From Pirellulales bacterium (GTDB lineage: Bacteria; Planctomycetota; Planctomycetia; Pirellulales; PALSA-1355): a DNA stretch of 64,000 bases. The notes beneath the pieces were generated by a model. The model saw only the letters and a list, made by a program, of their open reading frames with translations, searched no databases and was not told the origin of the DNA. Shown here piece by piece: positions 62,641 to 64,000 of this stretch; within the stretch, counting starts at the first letter, position 1; every line of letters starts with the position of its first letter. The stretch covers positions 128,001 to 192,000 of the forward strand of contig CAVTBU010000010.1 in the NCBI GenBank assembly GCA_963733035.1, read 5' to 3'. A program made the translations under genes and the position numbers.

Positions 62641-63717
62641 TTAATTGGCGTCGTCGCCGTCGCCGTTGTTTTTGTTCAGGTGGCGACGCAGGTAGCGGGC
62701 CCGTTCGATGTTGCGGTCGGCCGTGTCGAGCTCGATGCCGCGAAGCTTTTGCAGGTGGGCGGGCTGCGTGTGGATGAACAGCTCGTTGAGCAGCGGGATT
62801 TGCAGGTCTTCGATCAGCCCCAGGTTGACGCCCATGCGGACGCTGGAGAGCAGGTGCATGGTTTCCTCGGAGCTGATCGTCTGAGCGGTGCGGAGAATGC
62901 CGTAGGCGCGGCTCACTTTGTCGTGCAGGTTTTCGTGGCTTTCGCGAACCAAGAAGTCGCGCGCCCGGCGTTCGTAGTCGATGAGCACGGGCACGATGTC
63001 GCCGACCTGCTTGACCAGTTCGATTTCCGCTTTGCCGAGGGTGATCTGGTTGGAGATCTGGTAGAAGTCGCCCATCGCCTGCGAGCCTTCACCATACAGA
63101 CCGCGCACGGCCAGGCTGATCTTTTGCAAGCTGCGGAACACTTTGTCGATTTGCCGGGTGATGACCAGTGCCGGCAAGTGCAGCATTACGCTCACTCGCA
63201 GTCCGGTGCCGACGTTCGTGGGGCAGGCGGTGAGGAAGCCGAGCTTGGGGTGGTAGGCGAAGTTGACCGATTCGGCCAGCAGCGAGTCGAGCCGGTCGAT
63301 CTGCTGCCAGGCGCCTTCCAGGTCAAGCCCGCTATGCATCACCTGGATCCGCAGATGGTCTTCCTCGTTGATCATCAGGCTGACTTGCTCGTTGCGGGCA
63401 ATGGCCACACCGCGGGCGCCTTCGCTTTCGGCGTGTTCGCGGCTGATGAGTTGCCGCTCGACCAGAAACTGGCGGTCGACGCCCTTGAGTTCGTTGACGT
63501 TGACGTACTCGAGGTCGCCGGATTCCTGCATTTCGAGCACGCGGTCGCGGAGGATGTTTTCAATCTCGGTGCGGTCTGCTTGCGATGCGCGGCTGATGAA
63601 GGGAAACTCGGCCAGGTTGCGGGCCAGGCGGACGCGGCTGGAGATGACAATATCGCTCTCGGGACCACTGCCCCGGAGCCACTCGCCGCTCGTGCTTACC
63701 AATTCGTTTAAGTCCAC
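62641..63717 (-). CDS. mcsB: Protein arginine kinase
   Basis: SSRVRLARN, INEEDHLR, CPTNVGTG, RGLYGEGS, QPAHLQ. Confidence 0.95.
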   Translation of the reverse strand: MDLNELVSTSGEWLRGSGPESDIVISSRVRLARNLAEFPFISRASQADRTEIENILRDRVLEMQESGDLEYVNVNELKGVDRQFLVERQLISREHAESEGARGVAIARNEQVSLMINEEDHLRIQVMHSGLDLEGAWQQIDRLDSLLAESVNFAYHPKLGFLTACPTNVGTGLRVSVMLHLPALVITRQIDKVFRSLQKISLAVRGLYGEGSQAMGDFYQISNQITLGKAEIELVKQVGDIVPVLIDYERRARDFLVRESHENLHDKVSRAYGILRTAQTISSEETMHLLSSVRMGVNLGLIEDLQIPLLNELFIHTQPAHLQKLRGIELDTADRNIERARYLRRHLNKNNGDGDDAN

Positions 63718-63806
63718 CGCTGTCGTTCCACGCCGCGCCAGTTGTTCGTCGTCTGTCTTGGGAGGCGGCTGCCAATCGCGAAACTGGCGGCAGCCCGAGG
63801 TCGCCG

Positions 63807-64000
63807 CTATTGGGTCTTGGGCGGCTCTTCAATTCTACGAATATCGTCGCGCAACTTCGACGCCAACTCGTAATCTTCCTCGTCGATGGCTTCCTTCATT
63901 TCGCGCCGCAGGCGAATCAGTTGCGTGCGACTCTCGGTTCCCTCGGGATGCCGAGCCGACTTTTTACCGACATGCTCGGTTTCGCCATGGATGTTGAGGA
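63807..64000 (-). CDS. mcsA: McsA / UvrB-UvrC motif protein, 3' part only
   Basis: Hand translation IHGETEHVGK...AIDEEDYELASKLRDDIRRIE*; directly upstream of mcsB. Confidence 0.85.
   Translation of the reverse strand, partial: LNIHGETEHVGKKSARHPEGTESRTQLIRLRREMKEAIDEEDYELASKLRDDIRRIEEPPKTQ

Overview
High-GC bacterial chromosomal window. Gene content and protein style point to a planctomycete, probably Pirellulales-like (inference). Most of it is housekeeping: purF, trmB, fabZ-like, gmhA, dapB, thrC, dksA, hisN, rpmB-gatCAB, bioA, queC/queD, a CcsBA fusion, a YtrA-ABC operon, coaD and mcsB/mcsA. The main candidate new system is a flagellum-derived cluster at about 5.8-22.9 kb (fliFGHIJ-fliNOPQR-flhB...flhA-flhF-flhG-fliA). 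It has no rod, hook, filament, FliM or stator genes. FliF appears to lack the beta-collar, FliG lacks the torque-helix charges, and FlhB lacks the NPTH switch domain, while the export gate and ATPase are intact. Other highlights are a three-gene MotA/TolQ motor with a long tail and two ExbD-like partners, an unannotated 32-aa bL37-like ribosomal protein, and an accessory island at about 35-39 kb. The island holds a complete IS3 splitting a membrane-protein gene, REPIN-like palindromes flanking a WD40 lipoprotein, and a truncated IS407-type element. Two MITEs lie elsewhere in the window. At least seven apparent frameshifts in conserved genes suggest assembly indel errors. No tRNA, rRNA or CRISPR array was found.
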